Below, one piece after another: positions 22,462 through 32,388 of a stretch of DNA of 64,000 bases. The position numbers and the translations under genes are program-made. The stretch spans positions 190,359 through 254,358 of the forward strand of contig CAXXVK010000072.1 of the NCBI GenBank assembly GCA_963676915.2. The letters run 5' to 3'. Each line of letters starts with the position of its first letter. The stretch's first letter is position 1. Below the pieces are notes generated by a model that made no database searches, had not been told where the DNA came from, and saw nothing but the letters and a program-made list of their open reading frames with translations. This DNA comes from Myxococcota bacterium (GTDB lineage Bacteria; Myxococcota_A; SURF-8; G963663525).

Positions 22462-23664
22462 TTACATCATTTTCGACGCTTCAAGCATCAATGTGTCATT
22501 CGTACCGTCCATGATGGTTAGCAAGGGTGCGTCTCTTGCATATTTTTCGAGCTTGTAATCCTTGGCGATGCCGTAGCCTCCCAGAACCTGAACCATGGTG
22601 TTGGTATGTTTTACGGCAAGATCCGTCGTGTAGACTTTCCCCGTTACGCTGGTGAGCAAGTCTCCGGGGAAGGCGTTTTCGCAATGCCAGCTTCCTTTCC
22701 ACAACAGCGTTCGTGCCGATTCGATGGCGGCACGGCAATCGAAAAACTTTTTGGTGACAAGCTGATGCTCGAAAATCGGTTTGCCCCACTGTACGCGCTC
22801 TTTGGCGTAGGAAAGCGCTTCCTCGTAGGCGGCGCGCATCAATCCCACGGCCAGATAGCCGGTGCCCAGGTTGCCCACCGTCATGATGGAGCGATGCAGG
22901 AAGGGATAGGCGTCTCCCGGAGGAAACAGCAGATGATCCTCTGGAATCTCCACGTCATCAAGGTATACAGGAGCTTGATTCAAGGCCCGCAATCCCATGC
23001 GGTCCTCGGCTTTGCCTTTCGTCAGTCCGTCGGCGTCACCGGGAACGATAAATGCCCCGGACCCCAACAGTCCCTTCGCAGGCTCGACGCAGGCGAAGAC
23101 GATGTAATTCTTGGCGATTCCACCGTTGCTGATAAAGTTCGACTTCACGCCGTTGAGAATCCAGCGGTCCCCTTTTTTTACGGCTGTGGTGCGATGGCGA
23201 ACCGTAGGATCGAAGTAGTTTTTCCCGTCCGAACCTACGTTCGGTTCACTGCTGCCCCAGGCCGTCACGGCTTGCCCGGTTTCGTCTTCGCAATAGGGAC
23301 GGACGTATGTATCGACGAGAGGTTTGTTGGTGGAGGCAAGAAACGCCACCAGTGCAGGCACTACGGAAGACGCCATCAGCGACGCCGTAAAGCCGACGCC
23401 GTAACGGGCCAGTTCTTCCCATACCAATGCCGTTGTGGTCGCGCCCAAACCCAGACCGCCGAATTCCTCTTTGATGCCCATCTTGTGAAATCCGAGGGCA
23501 AATGCCTGTGCCATGGCTTTCTTAAACGTTTCCGTTTCGAAAATCGCTTGGGCGTCGGACATTTTATCCAGTTCGATTTCCGCCGGTTCCAGCACGTTTT
23601 TGCCGAAATCGCGTGCAGTTTGCACGAATTGTTCCTGGATGTCGGAGATTTTGAAATCGATCAT
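22462..23664 (-). CDS. Acyl-CoA dehydrogenase family protein
   Basis: SEPNVGSD, W.LNG.K..FISNG, RMGLR, ERVQWGKPI, QVLGGYG and IMDGTND. Confidence 0.92.
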   Translation of the reverse strand: MIDFKISDIQEQFVQTARDFGKNVLEPAEIELDKMSDAQAIFETETFKKAMAQAFALGFHKMGIKEEFGGLGLGATTTALVWEELARYGVGFTASLMASSVVPALVAFLASTNKPLVDTYVRPYCEDETGQAVTAWGSSEPNVGSDGKNYFDPTVRHRTTAVKKGDRWILNGVKSNFISNGGIAKNYIVFACVEPAKGLLGSGAFIVPGDADGLTKGKAEDRMGLRALNQAPVYLDDVEIPEDHLLFPPGDAYPFLHRSIMTVGNLGTGYLAVGLMRAAYEEALSYAKERVQWGKPIFEHQLVTKKFFDCRAAIESARTLLWKGSWHCENAFPGDLLTSVTGKVYTTDLAVKHTNTMVQVLGGYGIAKDYKLEKYARDAPLLTIMDGTNDTLMLEASKMM

Positions 23665-24437
23665 TATTCTCCCCGCTTTCCGGCAAAGAAATCGGTCATT
23701 TTGAAATAATGCGGCAAAAAGGCTTCGCCATCGACTTCCTGGAGAATCGTTCCGGGAAGCATGGTGTTGTGGCTGACGATGTGGAAGGCCAACATCACGT
23801 TAAGACCGTCGAGTTCGTACCACGGGTCGGTTTCGGATTTCTGGAACGTCACTTCAGCCGTGCCGACTTCGCAACTTACGAGATCGAGATCGGTTTTTTG
23901 GGAGGCGAGATATACGGGGCCGTCGAATCCCGGTTGAAGATCGATGCGCGGCATTCCCTTGAAGAGATACGTTGGTCCGGTGGGGGGCAGTTGGGGCAGA
24001 GTGGCGTTCAGTTCCCCTTTGACCTCCACGAAGCGTACGCCGTTGCGTTCCACCCAGCCGTGAAGTCGGTTGCCGTCTTTTTCGTAGTGAATCGACGCCA
24101 TTTTTTTGGGAAAACCGAAGATGTCCCGGCCGTTGTAATTGCGCGCTTCGTTGTCGATGGGCATCGACAGGCAGTATGCGCCGGGTTCGCCTTTGTATTT
24201 GCAGCGAATGAAAAGCGCCGCTTCGTGGTATCCCGGCCCGAGGTTGGTTTCAGGGTATTCGGCGATGAAGATCAGCCCGCCGGGCATATCGGCCTGTTCC
24301 AGAGGCGCCGGTAAAAGCGGTGCTGTGGTTTCGGCAGGTGAGCCGAACATTACGCCCATCATTTTCGCGTTTTCGAAACGTCGCACGCCTAATGCATAGT
24401 AGCTATCCAGTTCTTCCGGTGTTTTTACAAATCCCAT
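23664..24437 (-). CDS. Acetoacetate decarboxylase (ADC) superfamily protein
   Basis: YHEAAL and GRDIFGFPKK (Schiff-base lysine motif). Stop and start overlap with the ACAD gene. Confidence 0.85.
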   Translation of the reverse strand: MGFVKTPEELDSYYALGVRRFENAKMMGVMFGSPAETTAPLLPAPLEQADMPGGLIFIAEYPETNLGPGYHEAALFIRCKYKGEPGAYCLSMPIDNEARNYNGRDIFGFPKKMASIHYEKDGNRLHGWVERNGVRFVEVKGELNATLPQLPPTGPTYLFKGMPRIDLQPGFDGPVYLASQKTDLDLVSCEVGTAEVTFQKSETDPWYELDGLNVMLAFHIVSHNTMLPGTILQEVDGEAFLPHYFKMTDFFAGKRGE

Positions 24438-24467
24438 GATTTCCTCCTGTTAGGTGTCCTATGTGAA

Positions 24468-25313
24468 TCAAGAAAATTTCTTGTACAAACCCAATTCGGA
24501 TGATTGGGCTTTCAAAATTGCGCCTTCAACGAGTCCCGGCGATAGCCGATAGGCCAGCCATCCCGCTACGCCCGAAGCGGTCATGATCAAGCGCCGTTTG
24601 CGTTTTTCGATCATGTCGAGGATTTTTGCGGCGGCCTGTGCCTGCGTGTGGTGGGCTGGACGATCGGGCAGCACCAACGATCCGTCGGCCGCGAGAATGC
24701 GTTTTTCCGGGTCGTGTTCGGTAAATCCGAGGTGCGCCACGCCGAAGTGCACGCCGTCATCCATCATTTCCAGCCGTAGAGATTCGCACAAACCCGTCAG
24801 GGCGGCTTTTCCTGCGCAGTAGGTGGAAGCGCCCGGCAGTCCGAACAGCCCGGCGATGCTGGAGACGAACACCACGCTGCCTTTGGTTTGGCGAAGATCG
24901 TCGATGGCGGCGCGGGTCGGGTAGATGCAGCCCATCAGATTGGTTTGAATGGTCTGTGAACAGACTTCGGGAGACAGCTCGTAAAATTTCCCCCGCATGG
25001 AGACACCCGCATTGTTAACGAGAATGTCCACCGGTCCGAAATGCTTTTGCGCCGTTTCGACCATATGCAGAGCATCTTCCCACTTGCCGACATCTCCCGT
25101 GACCGCTTCGACGTTGGGGTTGATTTTTCGCAGCTTTTCCAGCGAATCCATCAGGCGCTTTTCGCCTCGTGCGGAAATGACGACGTTGGCTCCCCGTTCT
25201 GCGAGCGCTCGGGCGACCGCCAGACCGACACCTCGGCTGGCTCCGGTTATCAGTGCCGTTTTTCCCGTAAACCGGGTTTGCACGATGGGCATGCTTTCGT
25301 TCTCGTTCGGCAT
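24468..25313 (-). CDS. Short-chain dehydrogenase/reductase
   Basis: TGASRGVG, NNAG, SSIAG and YCAGK (YxxxK). Confidence 0.93.
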   Translation of the reverse strand: MPNENESMPIVQTRFTGKTALITGASRGVGLAVARALAERGANVVISARGEKRLMDSLEKLRKINPNVEAVTGDVGKWEDALHMVETAQKHFGPVDILVNNAGVSMRGKFYELSPEVCSQTIQTNLMGCIYPTRAAIDDLRQTKGSVVFVSSIAGLFGLPGASTYCAGKAALTGLCESLRLEMMDDGVHFGVAHLGFTEHDPEKRILAADGSLVLPDRPAHHTQAQAAAKILDMIEKRKRRLIMTASGVAGWLAYRLSPGLVEGAILKAQSSELGLYKKFS

Positions 25314-25418
25314 GGTTTGGTTCCTTTACTTCCAGTCGTTTCAAAAGCGATGAAGGATTGACGTTGGTTCCGTTCCTTTAAAAATCTTTCATTTCACGAA
25401 GATTCGCTCCAAATCCCG

Positions 25419-28031
25419 CTACAAGGCTTCATGCTCGGTTCGGGCGATGATTTCGTCCTGGATTTCCCGTCCAAGATCCACGAAATACGTGCTGTATCCC
25501 CCCACCTTGACGATCAAATCACGATGCCGCTCCGGGTGTTCTTTCGCTTCTTTGAGCGTTTCTGAAGAAATGCAGGTCGGCTGAAGCTGTGCCCCACCAA
25601 GCTTGAAATACGTACGGATCAGGTCGGCCCATTTTTTTCGTGCTTCCTGCGATTCTCCGATGGAACTGGGATGAAATTTCATGTTGACGGCACAGCCGAG
25701 CACGTCTTCGAACGGCAGAGATGCCACCGAGCGAAGAGCCGCCGTGGCTCCGCAACGTTCTACGTTGTAGGGATTGCAGCTTGCCGCATAAGGTACGGCT
25801 GCTTTTCGACCGTCTGCTCCGGCCATCGACAACCGACCATCGATGGTGTGGGTGATCATGCTGATGATATAGACCACGAACGGTCCGTTACGTGTGGTGC
25901 GATAATCGTAGGTGATATCGAAAAGCCCTTTGCAGACTTTTGCCGCCAGTGCATCCGTTTCTTCGTGACCGTTGCCCCATTTTCCCGGCAATTTTTCAAT
26001 GCTTCGGAGTAAGTCTGCATCGTCCATGAACGAACGATCTACCGCTTCGAGCAACCGACGCATCGTGCAGGTTTTCTGTTCGTAGATCAGTTTTTGAATG
26101 ACATAGAGCGAATCGATCAGGTTCGCCACGGAGTTGATCATCGAAATCCCGGCGAGGTCGTATGTCGCTCCGCCCTGGGTCACGTCTTTTCTCGATTCCA
26201 GGCAACCATCCATGAAGGCCGAAATCTGTGGTGCGGGGAGGTATTTGGCGAACAGGTCGTCCCGCAGGTTGGAAGCCCGTACGATTTTGTCGATGAAAAA
26301 TTTTGCCTGCTGGAAAAAAGCCTCCAAAAACGTGTCGAAATCGTCAAAAGTGTCCGGATCTCCCGTTTTCAGTCCTTCTCCCCGGATTGTTCCCGCCAGG
26401 ATCGCCGAATCCCCATTGCGCATGGTAATGTCCAGCAGACGCGCCAGTTGTAAGGCGTTGGCGCTCATGCTGCCGGTTTTTCCCGGACATATTCCCTCGA
26501 CACAGCCCATGATGGCGTAGTCCCGTGCATCTTCTTCCTTGAAGTCTCGGCGCTTCATGGCCTCGACCATCGTTTCGTCGTTGAACAGCGAGAAGCTGGA
26601 TGTCCCCTGTTGCAGAAAGGAAGCCACGTCGAGCAGGAGGTCATCGGGCGTTGCGTCGTGGACGCGCAACGAAATGTTGGTGATGGCTTTGGACTTGTGC
26701 GCCGCTTCGAGAAACAGCCGGGTCAACTCGTTGGTGGCATCGCGGCCTTCTGCATCGACGCCGCCGAGGGTCACGGGCGAAGATCCCAAGAAGCGATGGT
26801 AGAAATGACCCAAAATGTTCGATTCAGGTCGAATGTTTTGCGACATGATCTTTAAAAGGAGTTCTTCTAAAAGATCCAATGCTTCTTCGCGGGAAATTTC
26901 GCCTGTTTCGAGATCCTTCCGGTAGTACTCGATAAGATCCTGATCCAGACGTCCGAAACAGTGCAGGTTTACCGGGTGGGCCAGTTCCACTGCGGTTTTG
27001 ATCGTCCACAGCGCCTGTACCGCTTCACGAAAATTCCGGGCTGGATGTAGAGGCGCATGGCCGCAGATCGCAGCCATCTGTTGCAATTCCCACTTTCGTT
27101 CTCCATCAGGCTCGTTTTTGGCTTCACGCTCGATTTTTTCGGCAAGTCTGCCGGCAAACACCGCCACGCCTTCTAGGGCGACGAGTTGAGATTCGAGAAT
27201 TTCCTTTTCTTCACGCTCCAGATGTTGCGAATCCAGCTCGGCCCGGATGTTTTCCATCATTCCTACAAGACCGAGCTTCAGTGGGGTTCGGTAGTCGAGA
27301 ATGACATGGCCCTGATAGGTCGCGATGGTCGCGCAGGTGGAAATCATCTGGACTTGTCGAGACGTATTTCCCGGAAGCGCTACGGCGAAATCGTGCATGT
27401 CTTTCGAGTAGAGTCCTGATTTCAGCGTCTCTTCTTCCAGTCGATCGACGACGGTTCGACCTTTCCAATAGGGAAGTAACCGTTTTAGTAGTTCATCCCG
27501 GTCGTTTTTTTTGATCCGATAGGGGTTGATGTCCCTCTCGGACATGGTTTTGAGTTCCATGTTGAGAGGTTGAGCGCCTGCGTGGCGGACGATTTTCTGA
27601 TTGCGGATGAAATCCCCGAGTACGCCTTTACCCAGCATGTAACGGAACGCTTTGGCCATCGATCCCAGACGAAAGCGCAGCATCGAAGAACGGGTCAATT
27701 CGGACTCGAACACCTGGTTGAACACGCCGCGTTCGATATCGATGGGAATACCCAGAAAAAATTCCGTCCAGGTTCCCGCTATGCGCTCTTCACGGTCGAG
27801 GTAGATGGTTACGTTTTCATATACATGTTTCAATGCGCGAGCGACACGAAGCGCCTGGGTTACGTCCTGACCTTCTTGCGCCTGCCATCCTTGGGTGAAA
27901 TAGCGGGCGCGTTCCACCGAAATCATGGCGTCCCCGGATTGATACCGTTGCTTCATGCTTCGGATGCGGTCCCGTCGTGTTTCCGAAGTTTTTACGCGCT
28001 CTACCGTTTCCCTTCCGGCGAACGTTTCCAT
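25419..28031 (-). CDS. Glycyl radical enzyme (PFL2/eliminase-like), function unknown
   Basis: ERAR N-terminus, GRLDQ, Cys loop IMGCVEG and Gly-radical loop IVKVGGYSTYF...QDEIIART. Confidence 0.92.
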   Translation of the reverse strand: METFAGRETVERVKTSETRRDRIRSMKQRYQSGDAMISVERARYFTQGWQAQEGQDVTQALRVARALKHVYENVTIYLDREERIAGTWTEFFLGIPIDIERGVFNQVFESELTRSSMLRFRLGSMAKAFRYMLGKGVLGDFIRNQKIVRHAGAQPLNMELKTMSERDINPYRIKKNDRDELLKRLLPYWKGRTVVDRLEEETLKSGLYSKDMHDFAVALPGNTSRQVQMISTCATIATYQGHVILDYRTPLKLGLVGMMENIRAELDSQHLEREEKEILESQLVALEGVAVFAGRLAEKIEREAKNEPDGERKWELQQMAAICGHAPLHPARNFREAVQALWTIKTAVELAHPVNLHCFGRLDQDLIEYYRKDLETGEISREEALDLLEELLLKIMSQNIRPESNILGHFYHRFLGSSPVTLGGVDAEGRDATNELTRLFLEAAHKSKAITNISLRVHDATPDDLLLDVASFLQQGTSSFSLFNDETMVEAMKRRDFKEEDARDYAIMGCVEGICPGKTGSMSANALQLARLLDITMRNGDSAILAGTIRGEGLKTGDPDTFDDFDTFLEAFFQQAKFFIDKIVRASNLRDDLFAKYLPAPQISAFMDGCLESRKDVTQGGATYDLAGISMINSVANLIDSLYVIQKLIYEQKTCTMRRLLEAVDRSFMDDADLLRSIEKLPGKWGNGHEETDALAAKVCKGLFDITYDYRTTRNGPFVVYIISMITHTIDGRLSMAGADGRKAAVPYAASCNPYNVERCGATAALRSVASLPFEDVLGCAVNMKFHPSSIGESQEARKKWADLIRTYFKLGGAQLQPTCISSETLKEAKEHPERHRDLIVKVGGYSTYFVDLGREIQDEIIARTEHEAL

Positions 28032-28054
28032 GCGTCCATCCTTTCCGGTGTCGT

Positions 28055-28663
28055 TCAGGGCGCTTCACCCTCTACCGAATCCAACAATGTCGAAGCCATC
28101 CATTTCAGGTGTTGTTTGCGCCGAACGATCGATTCGTCCGACATCGGGTCGTCGCCAAGCAGTTGGCTGATAAGCTCTCCGTAAGTGAAATAGCTGATGA
28201 TGGCTCCGTAAAAACTGATCAGCAGGTGTTCGGCGGCGGCTTCGCCTTGTTGAGTTTTCGGATACACGTCTTTCAGCGTTTGGATGCCCATCGAAAAAAT
28301 CGGTGCCATGTGCCCGGCGATGCGTTCCATGTGAGCACCCCCGGCGGCTTCACGCTGGACGATCCGCCCGAAATTCCGGTTTTCCACCAGAAATTCGATG
28401 TAAACGTCTATCAAAGACAACAGGCGCGTTTTGATATCTCCGTCTTGGGTCAGCGCTTTGGCGAGTTTTCCTCCAAGCTTGCTGTAATAGCGATCCAGCA
28501 GCTCGGTCAGCAGTCCTTGTTTGCTTTGAAAATGGTAGTGGATTAGTGCTTTATTTACACCCGATTTTTCGGCAATTTCCCGTGTAGTTGCCGCATCGAA
28601 ACCGACGGTGCCGAACAACTCATCCGCTGCCGACAGAATTCGTTCTTTCGCGTTTTTATTCAT
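28055..28663 (-). CDS. TetR/AcrR-family transcriptional regulator
   Basis: HTH motif RILSAADELF...GFDAATTREIAEKSGVNKALIHYHF.SK. Confidence 0.93.
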   Translation of the reverse strand: MNKNAKERILSAADELFGTVGFDAATTREIAEKSGVNKALIHYHFQSKQGLLTELLDRYYSKLGGKLAKALTQDGDIKTRLLSLIDVYIEFLVENRNFGRIVQREAAGGAHMERIAGHMAPIFSMGIQTLKDVYPKTQQGEAAAEHLLISFYGAIISYFTYGELISQLLGDDPMSDESIVRRKQHLKWMASTLLDSVEGEAP

Positions 28664-28684
28664 ATTGTAACGTTTCTTCGCTTT

Positions 28685-28733
28685 TTTAACCAACCGGCCA
28701 GTTAAATTGTAGTTCGTTTCTTTTTTTTGTCAA
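28685..28733 (-). promoter_or_regulatory. Sigma-70 promoter with adjacent palindromic operator for the tetR-GRE operon
   Basis: Minus strand TTGACA-N16-TACAAT (28733-28706). Palindrome TTTAAC-caaCCGGcca-GTTAAA at 28685-28706 covers the likely transcription start. Confidence 0.65.
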
Positions 28734-28894
28734 ATATTTCGTTTTTTTGTTGAAAAATAAGAAAGAGAAATACCCCTACGAGCTTCAGTTTTCGGGCACA
28801 TGTCCCCTAATGAGCAATCGCTCGAAAGCGTGCTCTGAAAATGCTCAAACAAACGTATTTTACCGAAACTTAGGCCAAAAAGAGGGGGAGTGGA

Positions 28895-30313
28895 TTACTC
28901 CTGCCATCCTCCGTCGAACCAACCTAGGGACTCCATGGCCGTCCATGTGCTCGGATCGCCAAAACTTCCCAAACCCATTTTGTACTCGTAATTTACAAGT
29001 TTATCTACTGGGTCGTTTTCTACGGATTCGTGGTCGATGATGTAGCCGACATCGTCGTTACCAAGCCCCACGATGAATTTATGCGGGCTGACCATTTTCT
29101 CCTTCAGGCGCAGGCTGAATTCAGGGGTGGATTCTCCTGGAAACGAAGCGAATTCCGCCGGGCCCAGTTTGTGCCAACTGACTTCCAGTTCTTTGACGAT
29201 CAGTCCTTCTTCCGGGTCGTCGATGAAAGTGCGAAACGGAATTCCGGCATAGTTGACGAGATCGTCGAAAAAGCCATCCGTTGCTGAAGAATAAACAGCC
29301 CAGCGGTGACGAATATCGAACTCTTCTGCTTTGGAAGGCGTTTCGATGGCCTCCATTGCGGCATCCGCGAGAAGTTTTCCCATGTTGTAGGCGCGTTCGT
29401 ATTCATCGCCTCCGGGAACGTCGGGAGATAGCGGTCCATCGTGCACGGCGGCGGAAAAACCTTGTAAAAACATGGCAGGTGCGCCGGTGCGTTCTTCGAT
29501 TTCCTCACGATACCCCCAAATATAATCCGCCGAAACGAGGTTGTCGGCCCAGGGAAGTTGGGTAGGATGCTTGGCGAAATTGGTCAGTGTCAAAACGACT
29601 TCGTCCGAGGTGTTTTTGGCCTGCATCACGGTAACGGAATCATCGAGGATCTCCGAGCACCCCTCGTCCCTGCCGGTGTAGCCGACGAGTTCACTTTTTC
29701 CGAAATACAACTCTGTTTCATCCATCGAATTAGCGGCATCGACGGCGGCTTGCGTGATGCGTTCCACATGCCATTCCAGAAATTCCTTGGGAATGGCTTG
29801 GTTGACATCTTGGAAGATGCCCACAAGATCCGGTGTTGTATGGCTGTGGCTGGAACCGAGTAAAATGTGTTGCGGTTCCAGCGAGATTTTGGGAGAGATC
29901 GCCTCAACGATGGATTCCCGAAGGGATTTGACTCCCGGCCCTTCGGCGCCGAAATCAAAATAATACCCGGCGGAGTCCATGCCGATTAGAACAAATGCCT
30001 GTCCTGCATCGTTTTGGAAAATCGCCACCTGCGCTCGCAGCCGGTCGTTGATCCCCACGCAATCTCGATGGATGCTGGGAGTACCGTATCCGCCGAGGAG
30101 TGTCCCGATTTCCGGTGTAATGTCCGCTTCTCCGTATCCCAGGTAAAATCGTGTGGCCGTAGTGGCTACTTCCTCTTCTTGTTCCTGCTCCTGCTCCGTA
30201 TCGCCACCATCGTTGGAGGGGTTGGAGTTTTCGTCTTCCGTACAGAAGGTCAGCGTAACCAACAACGGGAGCAGAAGAAATGGCAGCAAGCGCAATTGCG
30301 AAGAACGGATCAT
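28895..30313 (-). CDS. Neutral/alkaline ceramidase-like exported hydrolase
   Basis: DITP...LGGYG, D.L.A, SHSHTTPD, N.AKHPT, SADY, FPGE and GLGND..GY. Signal peptide with Cys and an acidic linker. Confidence 0.72.
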   Translation of the reverse strand: MIRSSQLRLLPFLLLPLLVTLTFCTEDENSNPSNDGGDTEQEQEQEEEVATTATRFYLGYGEADITPEIGTLLGGYGTPSIHRDCVGINDRLRAQVAIFQNDAGQAFVLIGMDSAGYYFDFGAEGPGVKSLRESIVEAISPKISLEPQHILLGSSHSHTTPDLVGIFQDVNQAIPKEFLEWHVERITQAAVDAANSMDETELYFGKSELVGYTGRDEGCSEILDDSVTVMQAKNTSDEVVLTLTNFAKHPTQLPWADNLVSADYIWGYREEIEERTGAPAMFLQGFSAAVHDGPLSPDVPGGDEYERAYNMGKLLADAAMEAIETPSKAEEFDIRHRWAVYSSATDGFFDDLVNYAGIPFRTFIDDPEEGLIVKELEVSWHKLGPAEFASFPGESTPEFSLRLKEKMVSPHKFIVGLGNDDVGYIIDHESVENDPVDKLVNYEYKMGLGSFGDPSTWTAMESLGWFDGGWQE

Positions 30314-30567
30314 CGGGAAACTCCTGGAATAGAATGGATTCTCGAAAACGCCGTATTATTATCCTTCGTTGGACATTCGTCAACATGACAGTTATCATTT
30401 GTCGAGTGGGAAAAAAGCTGTCAAACTCTTAAAAATCCTTCAATTGTCCGTTGGGATGAAGGAAACATTTTCTTCCCAAGAATCGATTGGCATGGTAATG
30501 GGGATTGCGCTAGGATTGAAAAAAAGCCGCATCTACAGTGACCTTCAATGGCAGGAATTTAACGACG

Positions 30568-32370
30568 ATGCCACAGGATAATGTTAGAAATTTCAGTATC
30601 ATCGCCCATATTGATCACGGCAAATCCACGCTGGCCGATCGCCTGTTGGAACTGACCGGAACGGTGCAGGGTCGCGAGATGCGCGAGCAGTTTCTCGATA
30701 AAATGGATATTGAACGGGAACGCGGCATCACGATCAAATCCCAGGCCGTTCGTTTGCCCTACAAGGCTAGCGACGGTCAGACCTACATCCTCAATTTGAT
30801 CGACACCCCTGGCCATGTGGATTTCTCGTACGAAGTTTCCCGTTCGCTCAAAGCCTGCGATGGTGCCCTTTTGGTGGTGGATTCCACCCAGGGCGTCGAG
30901 GCTCAGACTTTGGCCAATGCATATCTCGCCGTAGATGCCGGATTGGAAATCATTCCTGTAATCAACAAGATAGATCTTCCTTCCGCCGATGTGGAGCGTG
31001 TCAAAGACGAAATCGAGGATGTCGTGGGCATCGATGCTTCCGACGCCGTGCCGATCAGTGCCAAAACCGGCAAGAATGTCGAACAGGTATTGGAGCAGAT
31101 CGTTCATCTCATTCCGTCGCCGGAAGGCGATGCCGAGAAACCGCTGAGAGCGCTGATTTTCGACTCCTGGTACGATTCCTATCTTGGTGTGGTTGCGTTG
31201 ATCCGAATTTTTGACGGTCAGGTCAAGCGAGGCGACCGAATTCGAATGATGGGAACGAACGCCCGATTCGAAACGGTCAGGGTAGGGCTGTTTACTCCCG
31301 AAATGACAGAGTCCAAAAACCTGGTGGCCGGTGACGTAGGATTCATCACGGCGGCGATCAAGCAGATCGGCGATTGTCGAGTAGGCGACACGATCACGCT
31401 CGACGAGACGCCTTGCGAAGCTCCGATGTCGGGATTCAAAGAGGTTAAACCGATGGTGTTCGCCGGATTGTATCCGGTGGAAGCCGCCCAATATCAGCCG
31501 CTGAAAGATGCGCTCGAAAAACTCAAGCTCAACGATTATTCCCTTACCTACGAGCCGGAAAGTTCCCAGGCGCTAGGGTTTGGCTATCGTGCCGGTTTTC
31601 TTGGGCTTTTGCACATGGAAATCATCCAAGAACGCCTGGAGCGGGAATACAACCTCGACCTGATCGTTACGTCACCTACCGTTATCTATCGCGTGAATCC
31701 GGTAAAGGGCGAGCCGTTTTTCATCGACAATCCAGCCGCATTGCCGGACCCGCAGGCGTTTTCTTCCATCGAAGAACCGTTGATCGATGCCAACATTCAC
31801 GCGCCGGCCGAGTATGTCGGAGCGATTCTGAAACTTTGCGAATCACGCCGAGGTATTCAACAGGAAATGGGCTATGCTGGCGAAAATCGGGTGCTGATCC
31901 GTTATTCGTTACCGTTGGCGGAAGTGATCCTGGATTTTTACGACCGACTGAAAACCGTTTCACGGGGATACGCCAGTTTGGATTACGATTTCCGTGAATA
32001 CAGCCCCGATGACCTTGTGAAAATCGACATTCTGGTCAACGGTGATCCGGTGGATGCACTATCGATCATCACCCATCGCAGTGCTTCCCGCGAGCGGGGT
32101 TTGTTGCTGTGTCAGAAATTGAAGCAGATCATTCCGAGGCAGCAATTCGAAGTGGCGATTCAGGCGGCGTTGGGAACGAAAGTCATTGCCCGCACGACCG
32201 TCAAAGCCTACCGAAAAAACGTGACGGCCAAATGCTACGGTGGTGATATCTCTCGTAAGCGAAAGCTGCTCGAAAAGCAAAAAGCGGGTAAAAAACGCAT
32301 GAAACAGGTCGGAAACATCGAAATTCCGCAAGATGCGTTCCTGGCGGTGCTGAAAATCAACGACGATTGA
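30568..32370 (+). CDS. lepA: Elongation factor 4 (LepA)
   Basis: [31 protein letters not shown] and [18 protein letters not shown]. Confidence 0.98.
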   Translation: MPQDNVRNFSIIAHIDHGKSTLADRLLELTGTVQGREMREQFLDKMDIERERGITIKSQAVRLPYKASDGQTYILNLIDTPGHVDFSYEVSRSLKACDGALLVVDSTQGVEAQTLANAYLAVDAGLEIIPVINKIDLPSADVERVKDEIEDVVGIDASDAVPISAKTGKNVEQVLEQIVHLIPSPEGDAEKPLRALIFDSWYDSYLGVVALIRIFDGQVKRGDRIRMMGTNARFETVRVGLFTPEMTESKNLVAGDVGFITAAIKQIGDCRVGDTITLDETPCEAPMSGFKEVKPMVFAGLYPVEAAQYQPLKDALEKLKLNDYSLTYEPESSQALGFGYRAGFLGLLHMEIIQERLEREYNLDLIVTSPTVIYRVNPVKGEPFFIDNPAALPDPQAFSSIEEPLIDANIHAPAEYVGAILKLCESRRGIQQEMGYAGENRVLIRYSLPLAEVILDFYDRLKTVSRGYASLDYDFREYSPDDLVKIDILVNGDPVDALSIITHRSASRERGLLLCQKLKQIIPRQQFEVAIQAALGTKVIARTTVKAYRKNVTAKCYGGDISRKRKLLEKQKAGKKRMKQVGNIEIPQDAFLAVLKINDD

Positions 32371-32388
32371 ACAGTTTCTATCAAGGAA

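Noticed and set aside
25419-28031. Naming the GRE as PFL, IslA, CutC, HypD or benzylsuccinate synthase
   Set aside because: There is no CC motif (so not PFL) and there are no small Bss subunits. Substrate-specific residues cannot be verified by eye, and TauE alone is too widespread to prove desulfonation.
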